A stretch of DNA of 64,000 nt from the human T2T-CHM13v2.0 reference genome, Homo sapiens. Every line of letters starts with the position of its first letter. Position 1 is the stretch's first letter. Of the stretch, positions 14,455 to 28,546 are shown in pieces. Below the pieces are notes generated by a model. That model was not told the origin of the DNA. It searched no databases and saw only the letters and a list, made by a program, of their open reading frames with translations. Location: assembly GCF_009914755.1 (NCBI RefSeq), contig NC_060925.1; one strand, written 5' to 3'. A program made the position numbers and the translations under genes.

Positions 14455-14970
14455 TGTCATGCGTGTCCATGTGAAGAGACCATCAAACAGGCTTTGTGTG
14501 AGCAATAAAGCTTTTAATCACCTGGGTGCAGATGGGCTGAGTCCAAAAAGAGAGTCAGCAAAGGGTAGTGGGATTATCATTAGTTCTTATAGGTTTGGGA
14601 TAGGTGGTGGAGTTAGGAGCAATTTTTGCAGGCAGGGGGTGGATCTTAAAAAGTGCATTCTCAAGGGAGGGAAGAATATTACAAAGTACCTTCTTAAGGG
14701 TGGGGAGGGTGTATCGTACAAAGTACATTCACAAGGGCGGGGGACTATCACAAAGTACATTATCACAAGGGCAGGGAGGGTGTATTTTCACAAAGTCAGT
14801 TGATCAGTTAGGGTGGGGCAGGAACAGATCACAATGGTGGAATCACAGCTAAGGCAGGAACTGGCTATTTTCACTTCTTTTGTGGATCTTCAGTTGCTTC
14901 AGGCCATCTGGATGTATACGTGCAGGTCACAGGGGATATGATGGCTTAGCTTGGGCTCAGGGGCCTGACA
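14455..14970 (-). mobile_element. Solo HERV-H LTR (LTR7 family, LTR7C-like)
   Basis: tgtcatgcgtgtccatgtgaagagacc...gcttagcttgggctcaggggcctgaca; perfect 5-bp TSD atcag (14450-14454/14971-14975); repeated caaagtac..aaggg units. Confidence 0.92.
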
Positions 14971-15029
14971 ATCAGTACTTACTCATTTCCACTCCCTGAT
15001 CCTTTGTTTCTGATTCTTGACCTACTGCT

Positions 15030-15610
15030 GGCTAGGACTTCAAACACAATGCTGAATAGAAGGGATAAGATCACATATGCTTGCCTTGTTTTTGATTTTA
15101 GAGAGAATGCATTCTATTAGCTGTAGAATTTTTATAGATGTTCTTTACCAGATAAAATTCCTCTCTATTTCTATTTTTCTTAGTACTTCTTAATCATCAG
15201 TGGGCACTGGATTTTCAAATTTTTACACATCTATTGAGATGATAATATTTTTTCCCCTAGAACAACTGTGCATTCTTATAATGCACAGTACCACTTGGTA
15301 CTGAAATATTTTCCATTTTATATATTGCCTGATTCAATTTTTCAATATTTTCTTAGGAATATTTGTACCTATAATTATGAGGAATAGTGAACTAATGCTT
15401 TTTTTCTTATAAGAAATGTACTTGTTCATTATTTACATCACAGTTTTGCTGATATCATAAAACTAGACTTTAAGTGTTCCTTCCTCTTTTATTTTAGGGA
15501 GTGTTCATATGGAATGGTTTTATTCCTCCATAAAGATCATAGAATGTGTTTGTAAAGCCATCTGAGCCAGTTTTCTTTGATGAAAGATTTTTTATAACAA
15601 AATCAATCTC
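15030..15610 (-). mobile_element. Old L1M ORF2 fragment
   Basis: Degenerate antisense L1 RT-region motifs (ctaggacttcaaacacaatgctgaataga; gtaaagccatctgagcc). Confidence 0.65.
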
Positions 15611-15616
15611 TGCTTT

Positions 15617-17200
15617 TGTTATCTATTATTGTGTAATAAAACACACAAAAACTTAGTGGCCTAAAACAATAACAATCTATTATCTTTTCTCACTTCTATG
15701 AATTGGCTGGTTTTGTCTGAGCTGCATTCACCTGGAGGGCTGGCTGAGCTGTGAACCCCAAGATGGTTCCACTCCCAAGTCTGTCAATTGGCTCTGGCTA
15801 ATGGCTCAGCCTTTTTCTCCATGTTTTCTTTCATCCTAGGCAGCCTCAGGAAACTGTTCCAAAAGATTGGAGGTAGAAGCTACAAGATATCACTGTGCCA
15901 GCCTTCAGAAATTGTACACCATCACTTCTGCCACATTTTGTTGATCAAAGCAAGTCACAGGGACATCCCAGCTTCAGGACAGGGGATAAAAATTCTTTCT
16001 CCAAATAGGAGGAGGGGCATGCAGAATATGCGGAGTTGTTGCAGCCATCTTTGAAAACAATCTACCACAGCCAATTCAGGCCAGAGTAATTCATATCCCT
16101 TCTACATTCTCATTCAATCAGAGCATCAGGCTTAAAATTCTTGATCTCATCATATAAATCCGGTCCAGATACTGGTGAGGCACTTTGGATGTAGTTTCTC
16201 AAGCACATCTTCTCTGATACCACTCCGCTTAAGCTAGACACCTCTGAACAAAAATGACATCATCTCCTCCAATACGTACAATATATAATGTTGAAAAAGT
16301 AGTAGGATATTGGCTGCAAACACTCCTATTCAAAAGGGGAAGGACAAGAAAATCATGGAATAACTGGTCTATAGGAATTCTTACCTCCAGCCACGGACAT
16401 GTTGCTAATTTCACCTTCCACAGTAGGGACTATTTCTTGATTAGGGCCCAGTTCTAATCCCTGAAAGTATTAATAGTTCCCTAACCTATGGTTCTTCTCA
16501 TCTCTTATTTTTCCCCATCTGGGTCTTTCTCGCTCTGGGTCTTGATTCTACCCTCTGGAACACCTTTTTTCATAAGCAATGGCTGTGTTGGCAGCTGAGT
16601 AGCTCTCTCAGCAAACTTTCAGCCTGTAGAAAGTTAGAAGCCAAGAAGTCTCTTTCATTTTGTAGTATCTCTGATGTTTTTAGTCTAATGTAATACAACT
16701 CTCTTACTTCTTAAAACTTTGTGAGCTTTCTATTATCTATCAGGTTATAGTTCATTTTACAAGACAAAATCCATTCCAACAATTCATTTTTTGGGCAGGT
16801 TTCTCTCTACTTTAGACATCATGCCAGGACAATGCCTTTAAAATTCTCAGGAGCTTTTTTGCCAAGCTAAGAGAGTCTAGCAAGCATAGCCATGAATCTT
16901 TTCAAGAATTTTAACAAAAGGTTTATAGTCTTGCCCTTGATTTGATCTAGATTCTGAGACTATCTCTTACTTTGAGAATATTACATCAGTTAGAGAGACA
17001 GGAGATGTGAAAAAGTTTCATCTTCCAATCTAGCATAATTGGGGCCCTTCATATTTCTTCTAAATTTTGTTTAGAAACTGAATAGCTACTAATTTAAATT
17101 GCCTCTTTCTTCTCATATGTTATACAGCTAAAAGCAAAAAGTACAACAAAATTTCCCAAAACACCTCATTGACACTCTCAACCTTCTGCTTGGATGACCT
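15617..17200 (-). mobile_element. Old MLT1 (H/J/K-like) LTR (~15617-16069) plus MLT1 internal sequence
   Basis: aaaacttagtggcctaaaacaat, catcacttctgccacattttgttgatcaaagcaagtcac, gcagccatctttgaaaacaatctaccaca. Confidence 0.65.
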
Positions 17201-17614
17201 CTTCTCCTTGCCTCCTCATAGTTAATTATCCACACAAAAGACAAAATAATCCTTATAAAGATCTATGGCAGTGGTCCACCATTATCTCAAGTGGTGTTTC
17301 TGAGTGAATTAGAAAAAAAAAATTGTTTCTTCCTTAATATATACTGTTATATCAAGGAAAATTGTAACAAATATACATACCTATGATGACTATAAATGTG
17401 AATGGCAGCCCCTAAAATCGCACAGTGCAAATTCTGCATAACTACTGGCTTTGCCTAGTTCCAAACCTTCTGATGGCTTTCCCTCACAGTTAGAAAATTG
17501 TATAACCTATATGAATCTATATAGAAGATATAAATACCGCCTACAAACCAGCAATATAATAGGAAAAACCCTTGAGCAGACCCTCTACAAAGAATGATAT
17601 AAAAATGGCCAATG

Positions 17615-17934
<320 letters not shown>

Positions 17935-18330
17935 TCAACATCATTAGGTGTCAAAAAAAGGCACATTGAAACCACAATGAGATGGTTCTATGCACTTACA
18001 AAAAAAGGTTAAAATTTAAAACAACTGATGACACTAAATGTTGGAGAGGATGTGGAAGAACCACAACTCTGGAACATTGTTGAAGGGAATGAAACATGGA
18101 TGCGGCATCGGCGGGGTCCCTGTGAGGCTGCTGATGTACTCTCCAGATGCTGAGACCCATGTATCCTGGGCACAGGCCAGCATTGAGCTGTAGTTGGAGT
18201 AGGCTGCCTTCCGAAGCAACATCTATTTACAATGAAGTGGCAGTCTCCAGAATTCCAGTCACTTTTCTCAGAAGGATTGATGAGTTTGACAATTTACTTG
18301 TGAAAGAGAATCATGAATTAAGAACAGCAG

Positions 18331-18670
<340 letters not shown>

Positions 18671-20089
18671 TCAATGGAGTAAAGCCTGGAAACGTAGATT
18701 TTGCCAACACTGCCACTCCTACTCAGATGAAGACGATGTCTCAGTCAACCAGGATTTGGATGAGAAACAACAAAGGAGAAGAGCACAGAACAATTACTGG
18801 CAGGCTTCACAAAGAATATGTTAAGATTATTACACTACAGATTGATGTTGCCACTGACGGATGATATGCTGAAGTCGAATTCACAACTGACCGGCAGAAA
18901 GATGCTGAACACAGGGCTGTCCCTGTAAATTCTGTGTTTTTAGATTTTAATGATATCTTATTTGATGACTTTAATGGTTATGGTTTAAAAAATAAGAAAG
19001 TTAGATTTGTTGGGCATGCCAAACAGAAATAAAAGAGGATTATCTTATAATTTTAAGATATTTCAGGTTTTATAGGAGTACTAGCTTTTTAAAAATACTT
19101 GTTACAGATCACGACTGGCTGATAAAATACTCTTACTAATTAAATCTTATAATTATCTACATATATCCTTGCAAATAATAACAGGAACTGCAAATAACAT
19201 TATTTGGAAAGGTCCAAACACCTTAAAGAATTCAGTGTCAAAATCATATTAATTGCCACAATCTGAACAGGATAAATTAGAACAAAATCCAAATGTTTTC
19301 TTTTAACTAAAAATGAAAATTGCTGCAATATTCAAGTTCAAATTTCCAAAATGCTCCAGGAGTTGCAGAAACTCTCAGTGTTGATTGCTAAATTAAAATA
19401 AGAAACTCATGAGCTTCCACTTAGCACAGTTTGAACTTTCCTCTTAATATTCTTCCCAACTTAGCTAGACCTTCCTCCACTTTTATGGGACAATTGTAGA
19501 GCAACCTGGTGACCATGGTCCTAAAGCTTTGTAAAAACTGCAGAAAATGCAAAACGCTTGGGTGGAATATCAGGAATGAGGATTTGGGTGGAACTGAAAA
19601 AATTTTTGTTGGTAACCATGTAAATCATTTGATTCCCCTTATCCATGATCTTGATGTGGCTCCTTACATAGGTTTATCTGCTAATTAAAGTTTAGAAGAG
19701 TTTAATAAGGTCAGTAAAAATGTTGAAGGTTTTTCACCAAAGTCAATGACTCTTTTTGCCTCATTATTCAAGTGATAGGATGATGTTGCAAAAGTGGATT
19801 TGAGGTCGAAGACTGCACAAAAAAAGAAAAGTCTTGGATTATTTATGTTTAAAAATAGGAAAGATTTAATTAAAGCAACAGATAGTTCAGAACCATTGAA
19901 ACTCTATCAAGACTTCATTATAGGTTCCAGGGAACATGATGCAACTACTCATGTATGTGAGCTACTGCGGTACCAAGGAGAGCACTGTCTCTGAAAGGAA
20001 ATGCAGCAACGGTGAATCCCATTTCCTGTAACTGTCATGGCATCAGGAAAGTGGGGATCTCTTCAGGGAAAGAAATTGGGGCTCTATTA

Positions 20090-20435
<346 letters not shown>

Positions 20436-21457
20436 GGGTTACCAAATGGAAAAAGATTCACTTCTAAATGGCATAAAGAAGACCTAAAACTGGTGTCCAT
20501 TAAAAGGCAGAACATTTTAAATAAGGCTAGTTTTTTCTTCTCCCTGTTAGTGAGATTTTGGAAATCACAGCAGAATAAAAGCCAGCTTAAAGGACCTCTT
20601 AAAGATAAAGGTCTTATTTTGTGAATTATATTTCAGGAAGTAAACTGAAATTCACCTCCTCTTGATCTGATTTATATTGCTGAAACAGTTATTTTGAAAT
20701 AGTTCCAACTGAGAAAAGCATAATTGGCTTCTACAATCTTAATCTATGTAGACGTTTTTTAAAATTTAGTTTTTGCATAACATGGCACTAAGATTGATCT
20801 GAAAAAAGTGTTAACTATCTGGAAGCAAAAACGTTTATTAATTTCAATTGAGATAACTGGATTACTTTGTACAATGACTGTCTATGATGTGTTCATTCTT
20901 ATCTGAATTCCAAAATAAATAAATGAGTGCCTCAAAAGAACTTGAAAAAAGGTACAACTACTTTAGAAAACTGTTTAGCAGGGTTTTTTTTTTTTCATTA
21001 AAAGGAAAAAATACACCTGCCCTATGCCTCAGCAATTCCACTCTAAGTATTTACCAAAAGAAATAAAAAGATATATCAACACAGTGAGTTATATAAAATA
21101 ATATCTTTATTCATTATAGTCAGAAATTAGAATCCATTCAAATGAATTCCAACAGAAAAATAGACAAATAAGTACGGAATGGTCATACATTGGAATATTA
21201 ACTAATCAGCAGTTAAAAAAAAGAATAGACTAATAGTGTATGCAAAAACATAAATAAGTCTCAAAAACACAGTAAACAAACAAAGCCTTACCAAAAGAAT
21301 GTATACTCTATGGTTTCATTCATATGAAGTTCTAGAATGGGTGGAACTAATTCATGGTGGGGAAAAAAAAAAAAACTAGACCATATGCATCAGGAGGCAG
21401 GGTGGAGATTGACTGGAAGTGGAAATGAAGGAACTCTTAGGGATAATTGGAAAAAAA

Positions 21458-21749
21458 ATTTTTTAAGAGAGAGATGGAGGGTTTCACTCTCTCACCCAGG
21501 CTGCAGAGTTGTGATCACAGCTCACTGCAGCCTCAAACTCTAGGGCTCAAGTGATCCTCCCACCTTAGTCTCTCAAGTAGCTGGGACCACAGGTGCATGC
21601 CACAGCACCTGGCTAATTTTTAAACGTTTTGTTGAGACAGAGTCTTGCTATGCTGCCCAGGCTGATCTTGAACTTCTGGACTCAAGTGATCCTCCAGCCT
21701 CTGCCTTTCAAAGTGCTGAGGTTACAGGTGTGAGCCACTGCACCAGGCC
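21458..21749 (-). mobile_element. AluJ
   Basis: Diverged antisense Alu with AluJ-type cacagctcactgcagcctc. Confidence 0.9.
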
Positions 21750-21854
21750 AAAATAGAAATACTCTGTATCTTGTTTGAGGTCATGGTTACCTGGGTGAAT
21801 ATACTTGTCAAAATGTATCTAAGGCGTGTGATGGCACACGCCTATAGCCCCAGG

Positions 21855-22258
21855 CACCATGACTTTGTTGGTTGTTCCTCAAACCCGCCAACTACTCTCA
21901 CCCAGTCTTTGTACTTGTTCTCTTTGCCTGAAACACTCTTGCCAAGATCTCTTCATGGCTTGCTTCCTTGCTTCCTTTGGGTTTCTGCTAACTTGTCTTC
22001 AGGTAAGAGACCCCTGACCACTCTCTCTGAAATTCTGTTATCTGACCTATCCCCAAAGGCTAGATGTATTTACCCTACTTTACTTTTCTTCTATAATAAC
22101 TGATATTGTATTATGTGTTCATTTGATTATTTATTTTCTTCTTGGATTAGAATGTAAGTTTAATAATGGCAGATTTTTGTTGTTGTTGTTCTTAACTGTA
22201 TCCCCAGTTCTTAAAATGGTGCTTGGCACAGAGCAGGTCTGGTTAAATGAATGAATGA
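21855..22258 (+). mobile_element. L2 3' end
   Basis: tagaatgtaag...gtgcttggcacagagcagg...aaatgaatgaatgaa. Confidence 0.75.
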
Positions 22259-23399
22259 AGACCTCTGTGGCTTATTTGAAATATATTATCTTCTGGTCTG
22301 AACATAGCTGGGAGATTCTCTTCCATTGCTCTAAACTCTTGTTATGTATAGTTGCATTTTGTCTCTCTCTAGAAGGGCCTCCCCTACCTGAAGAAACTTG
22401 GAGTAAAATATTTTCTTGTGATAAAATTGTTTTTCCACCCCATGTTTCAGACTATGGTTATTCTGGTTTACGGTTTCCTTCCAGATAGGTATGGATCACA
22501 CTTATGCAACCCACGGTCGTTTATTCTCACATTATCTGATTTCCAAACCAGCTTAATTCAGATCATTAAGTTGCTGATCCAATTCATTCTTTAAATTAAA
22601 ATGACTGAAATGATCAGGCTGACCAGACTTTGGTATGGCCATTCCATTCTTAAATGTTTAGTTTAAGATAGAGAACAGTGACATACACAGATATTCGTGT
22701 ATAAAAATAAGATAAAAATATTTAAAATAGAAAAAGACACAATATTTTCACTGGAGACGAAGTGTTGGCCAGTGGCTGTAAGTGATGGAGAGCTGTGGTT
22801 GACTTCCTGGGGATATAATCAGTCTTTGTTAGGAAAATGAATGGCTACATAAGTACAGTACTTGTATTAAGTATTCTATGCTCAAGATTGAACTAGATTA
22901 ATTGTCCGTAGAGTATTAATCTCAAGCACCTCAGGCTACTTCTTCACATTTCACAGCTAGCACTGGAATAAAGGAAGTGAGACCTTGAATTAAACCTCTT
23001 CATTTTATAGAAAGATCTTTCTTGAAAATAATAACTTGTTTTTAAAATTTTTCATTCATGTCTTATAGATGAGATCTATAAAAGTTTTGACGTAAACATC
23101 TGAGTTAGTGGCTCCTTGAGGATAGAGAGATAATGGATCAAACATGGCATATTTTTTAAATATGTCAGAAAAATATTTACATTTTGGCCATTTCATAGCA
23201 TAGGTACATTCTTTGCACTGGTGGAATGAAGTAGTTATAAAAATAAATAACATTGGTGAATATTTGCTTCAAGTTAACCAACATTTTCTGAGCATGTGTT
23301 AAGCATTATGCAAGAAACTGTAAATACCAAATAAACCAGGTGTTCTCATGCTTGAAAGGAGCACAGGTGGAAGAGAGTTGTGAGATAAGATAGAAGCAT

Positions 23400-23830
23400 A
23401 CACAAATGAGTATTATGCTCTAAGGCAAACTTTGAAACACACCATAATCAAATGTAATATTCAATGAGAAAATAAGGCAGATTCTGTTCTTAAGTGTTTT
23501 CATCTGGGGCTTAAAAGATGTTTAAGACTTAGGACAAGTATTGAATGTCAGGCAGAAGGGACAGCATAAAAAAGGTGCACAGTCAGGAAATTGTGTGTAT
23601 ATTGGTGGGAATGATGGTAGCCTACTATGAGAAGAGCTTAGAATTGGAGGGAAGATGTGATGAAATATAGGATCGGAAAGTTCAGCAGGGGAAATGTTGA
23701 CAGAGGGCTGAGGAATTTAGGCTTCATTACATTTTCTATAGGGAACCTCTAACGTTTTCTGAGGGCAGTAGTGACATGATCAGATCTGTTTAAAATAAAG
23801 TTACTTCTGCAAAGCAGTATTCGTTAGACT
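23400..23830 (-). mobile_element. L2 fragment
   Basis: gctgaggaatttaggctt...gtgacatgatcagatctgttt. Confidence 0.55.
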
Positions 23831-23977
23831 GTGGGGAAGAGAGAATAAAAGGAGTTTCTATAACTGCAACTCACCGTGAGTGGTAATAGTTTTACTATGT
23901 GTTTGCAAACATTCTACACTCAGAAGTTCAAAGATACATTTGTATAGGTGTCTTTATACATAGAAGGAGGCATTTAC

Positions 23978-24717
<740 letters not shown>

Positions 24718-24733
24718 AAGGAGGAGGCATTTA

Positions 24734-24772
24734 CACACATTCACACAACACACACACACACACATACACACA
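24734..24772. repeat. Imperfect (CA)n microsatellite
   Basis: Seen directly. Confidence 0.9.
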
Positions 24773-24809
24773 TTGGTTTGGCAAAGACTCAGTGAATCTG
24801 AGAGATAGA

Positions 24810-25015
24810 ATATTGTATTGGTTAAGGACATGGGCCTTAGAATCAAACAAAAGACTGGCTCCTTCACTGTGTAACTTTGCTTAAGATAATTAAACTCTAA
24901 TATAAAATGGAGTTAAAATGTTTACTTTTAAGTTTTGTTAAACATTAAATGTAATAACCTATGAGAAGGATTTAGTATAGTTCTCACCTATTGTATGCAC
25001 ACAATAGCTGAGAGC
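24810..25015 (+). mobile_element. MIR
   Basis: ggttaaggacatggg...ctgtgtaactttg...taaaatggag...attaaatg. Confidence 0.6.
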
Positions 25016-26529
25016 TAACATTTCTACTATTGCCTTTTTCACTATTGTTGTCAATTTGAGATGTACTTCAAGTCAATGAGTAATTTGGTAATAGCATTAA
25101 CTGGAAACAGCTTGAGGTCTACAGAGAGAAGAAGATAAAGCCTATCATCTCCAAAGCTATAATTTTGCCATTTTAACAAAAGAAGACCCAGAAACAGAAC
25201 ACAGAATCCTCTAAAGTCTGTTCCAAGTTGCTTTCCCAGAAATTACTTCAATGAGTAAACACTTTCCATCTCTCCTGAAGTTTCACTATATACTTATTAA
25301 TGCATTATGCTACTCCTGCTCAGGAATGATCTCCAAAGCATTTAACCCAGCAAAGTTTATCAAACATATTGTTCCCAACTGCTTGAAGTTTATCTTACAA
25401 TAGCTTCTATGACTCGTGAAGAAAACAAGCTACAAGGATTACAAGTGATTTTTTTATTTTTTATCTTGGCAGATGTTAAAAAACAACATTAGCAGAAACA
25501 ATGACATTTGCAACAAATGAAAAATAAAGTAAATTAAGGGACTCGGAAAAGACAATGAGGGTAATTTGTTTGCAACTCTGGTTGTTGATTCACTGGGTGA
25601 TTGGTGCCAAAAAGAGTAAACAACCAAATATAGTCACTGAAAACAGTAATACTCCATGAAAGAAGGAAGACTTGTTCTGTGATGAATCACAGAAGTCAGT
25701 GTTACACAGAATCATTCAGAAGGTTTAATTAACCAGAAAGCCATCATTATAGAAACTCATCTATAACAAGTCTAATGGTATGGACATTGAAGACAGCATT
25801 GTCCTGGGCTCCATTGTTGGGAAAGGCCTGGTTTCATCTAGAGTTCTACTTTTCAGATAACACCCACTTTTCATATGCCATAAGGGCTCATAGATCTTGG
25901 GTTCCCATTCTTCTCCCTGGCTTCCGTATTATCTAGATAGATAGGAGGTACTGGAAAGAGAAGGTCTGAGAAATAAAACCTTAGGTCACATTATTGAATA
26001 TAGTCTGCTGAGTAAATTTCGTCAAACAACAATGAAAAAGATTTTTTCCCACTAAGAAATCCTGAAATACACCAGAATATTCATAGCTTTAAAATTCTTT
26101 CTTTTGTGTGTGTTGCAGGATGGGTAGTCTATCGTCTTGCTCTTTTCACTCACTTCTACTTTTCCAGCTTAATCCTCTCCTATATCCCTCATGTACTACA
26201 CCATGAACTCTATTCAGCCACCTACCCATGGACATCTGAGCAAAGCTCACATACTTGTACAAGAACACTTGCCCAGAATTATCTTTTCCCCATGACAACT
26301 TGTTGAAAACATTTTCTTTTGAAGTTTCACAGAACTCCAAGAAACCTATCTATATTTTTTCTTTGTAAATATTGCTATAAGATTTTGCTTCTAAAACTTT
26401 AGCATTGACATCATTTTGCTTTCATAAATATCTGATTCTCCAAGCATATCATAAGATCTTAAAAATCAGGAACCAAGGTTTTTGTATCGCCTCATCATCT
26501 GAAATGCCTGGCATAGTGATTATTTTATC

Positions 26530-26745
26530 ACAGTTGAGAATGCAAAAGCAAATCCTAGTTTTACCACTTAGTACCTGTGTAAATTTAGATGTATTATTTT
26601 ACCTCTTTGAATTCCTGATTATGCATCTGTAAAATGGGTATAATAATACCATTTTCAAAGGTTTATGAGGATTACCTATGACAATATACAAAAAGCATCT
26701 AAAATGGCACTTGATCCATTGTGTGTGCTCAATATATAGTAGCTT
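26530..26745 (+). mobile_element. MIR
   Basis: aaatcctagttttaccacttagtacctgtgt...catctgtaaaatgggtataataatac. Confidence 0.75.
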
Positions 26746-26867
26746 AAAAATAAACTCGTTTCTGTAAAGTTGAGGTATAATAATCTTCTTCAGATACATC
26801 ACTCAGATTATGCCTTCAAGTTGGCCATCAATTAAAAACAAGCAGCCATTTGTGAGAAAGAATACCA

Positions 26868-27206
26868 GTCCGGGGGCTGTGGCTCACGCCTGTAATCCCA
26901 GCATTTTGGGAGGCCAAGGCGGGCGGATCACGAGGTCAGGAGATCGAGACCATCCTGGCTAACACAGTGAAACCCCGTCTCTACTAAAAAAATACAAAAA
27001 ATTAGCCAGGCGTGGTGGCGGGCACCTGCAGTCCCAGCTACTCGGGAGGCTGAGGCAGGAGAATGGCGTAAGTAAACCCAGGAGGCGGAGCTTGCAGTGA
27101 GCCAAGATCGCGCCACTGCACTCCAGCCTGGGCGACAGAGCGAGACTCCATCTTAAAAAAAAAAAAATTAATTAATTAAATAAATAAAAATAATAACAAT
27201 AAAAAA
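26868..27206 (+). mobile_element. AluY
   Basis: AluY diagnostics; mixed A-rich tail. Confidence 0.95.
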
Positions 27207-27222
27207 GAATAGCCAAGCACAG

Positions 27223-27603
<381 letters not shown>

Positions 27604-27756
27604 TTACAGTGATATATTGTTACAAAACCCACTTGTGTCTGCGAGCAATCTATGATGAGTCTAGATTTACCTGCTGATTCCTCTGGAATTTATTGGAATG
27701 ATAAACTTTCCAAAAATTAAAAAGTCATTCCAATATCATAAAATAGTCATCTGCAT

Positions 27757-28185
27757 GGAATCAATCTAGATTCTCATCAACAGTGGACCAGATAAAGAAA
27801 TGTGGTACATATACACTATGGAGTACTATATAGCCATAAAAAGAATGAAATCATGTCGTTTGCAGCAACATGGATGCAGCTGGGGGCCATTACCCTAAGT
27901 CAATTAATGCAGGAACAGAAAGCCAAATACTGCATGTTCTCACTTATAAGCGAGAGCTAAACATTAAGTACACATGGACACAAAGAAGGGAATAATAGAC
28001 ACCAGGGCCTACTAGAGGGTGAAAGGTGGGAGAAGGGTGAAGATTGAAAGCCAACCTATTGGATTGTACTATGCTCATTACCTAGGTGACAAAATAATCT
28101 GTATACCAAACTCCAGCAACACACAATTTATCCACGTAACAAATCTGCACATGTTCCCCCTAAACCTAAAATAAAAGCTGGAAAG
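27757..28185 (+). mobile_element. Older L1PA/L1PB 3' end
   Basis: gaaatgtggtacatatacactatggag...ctgcacatgttccccctaaacctaaaataaaag. Confidence 0.88.
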
Positions 28186-28519
28186 AAAATAATCACCTGA
28201 ATAATTATAAGAAAATAACTGATAAGAAAATGTGAGTTTTGTTCTAGTCAAATGAATTGTTGAGCTTTCAAGGTTTTTCTCAGCACGGAGATATGGTGCC
28301 ATTCTTAGGCTGTATGTTTCTAACCGTATTATCTGTGACAGGGGTAACCTGCTAATTTAGATCAATTTAATATGTAATCAGCAACTATTAAGATTCACTA
28401 TCAGGCAAACAAATCCAGCTAAATTGCATTTAACTCTACTAAAAACATTTTTAAATCACCTATATGTACCACTTTAGTTATGGAAATTACATTGCAATTG
28501 AACTGGATAGAAGTTGATT

Positions 28520-28546
28520 TATATATATATATATATATATATATAC
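28520..28546. repeat. (TA)n microsatellite
   Basis: Seen directly. Confidence 0.95.

Noticed and set aside
14650-14780. Spaced repeats resembling a CRISPR array
   Set aside because: These are degenerate internal U3 repeats of an LTR7-family LTR in human DNA, with no unique spacers or cas genes.
22453-22490. Possible 38-nt plus-strand micro-exon (ttcag|...atag|gtatgg)
   Set aside because: Splice signals are moderate, there are no partner exons and no protein similarity is recognisable.
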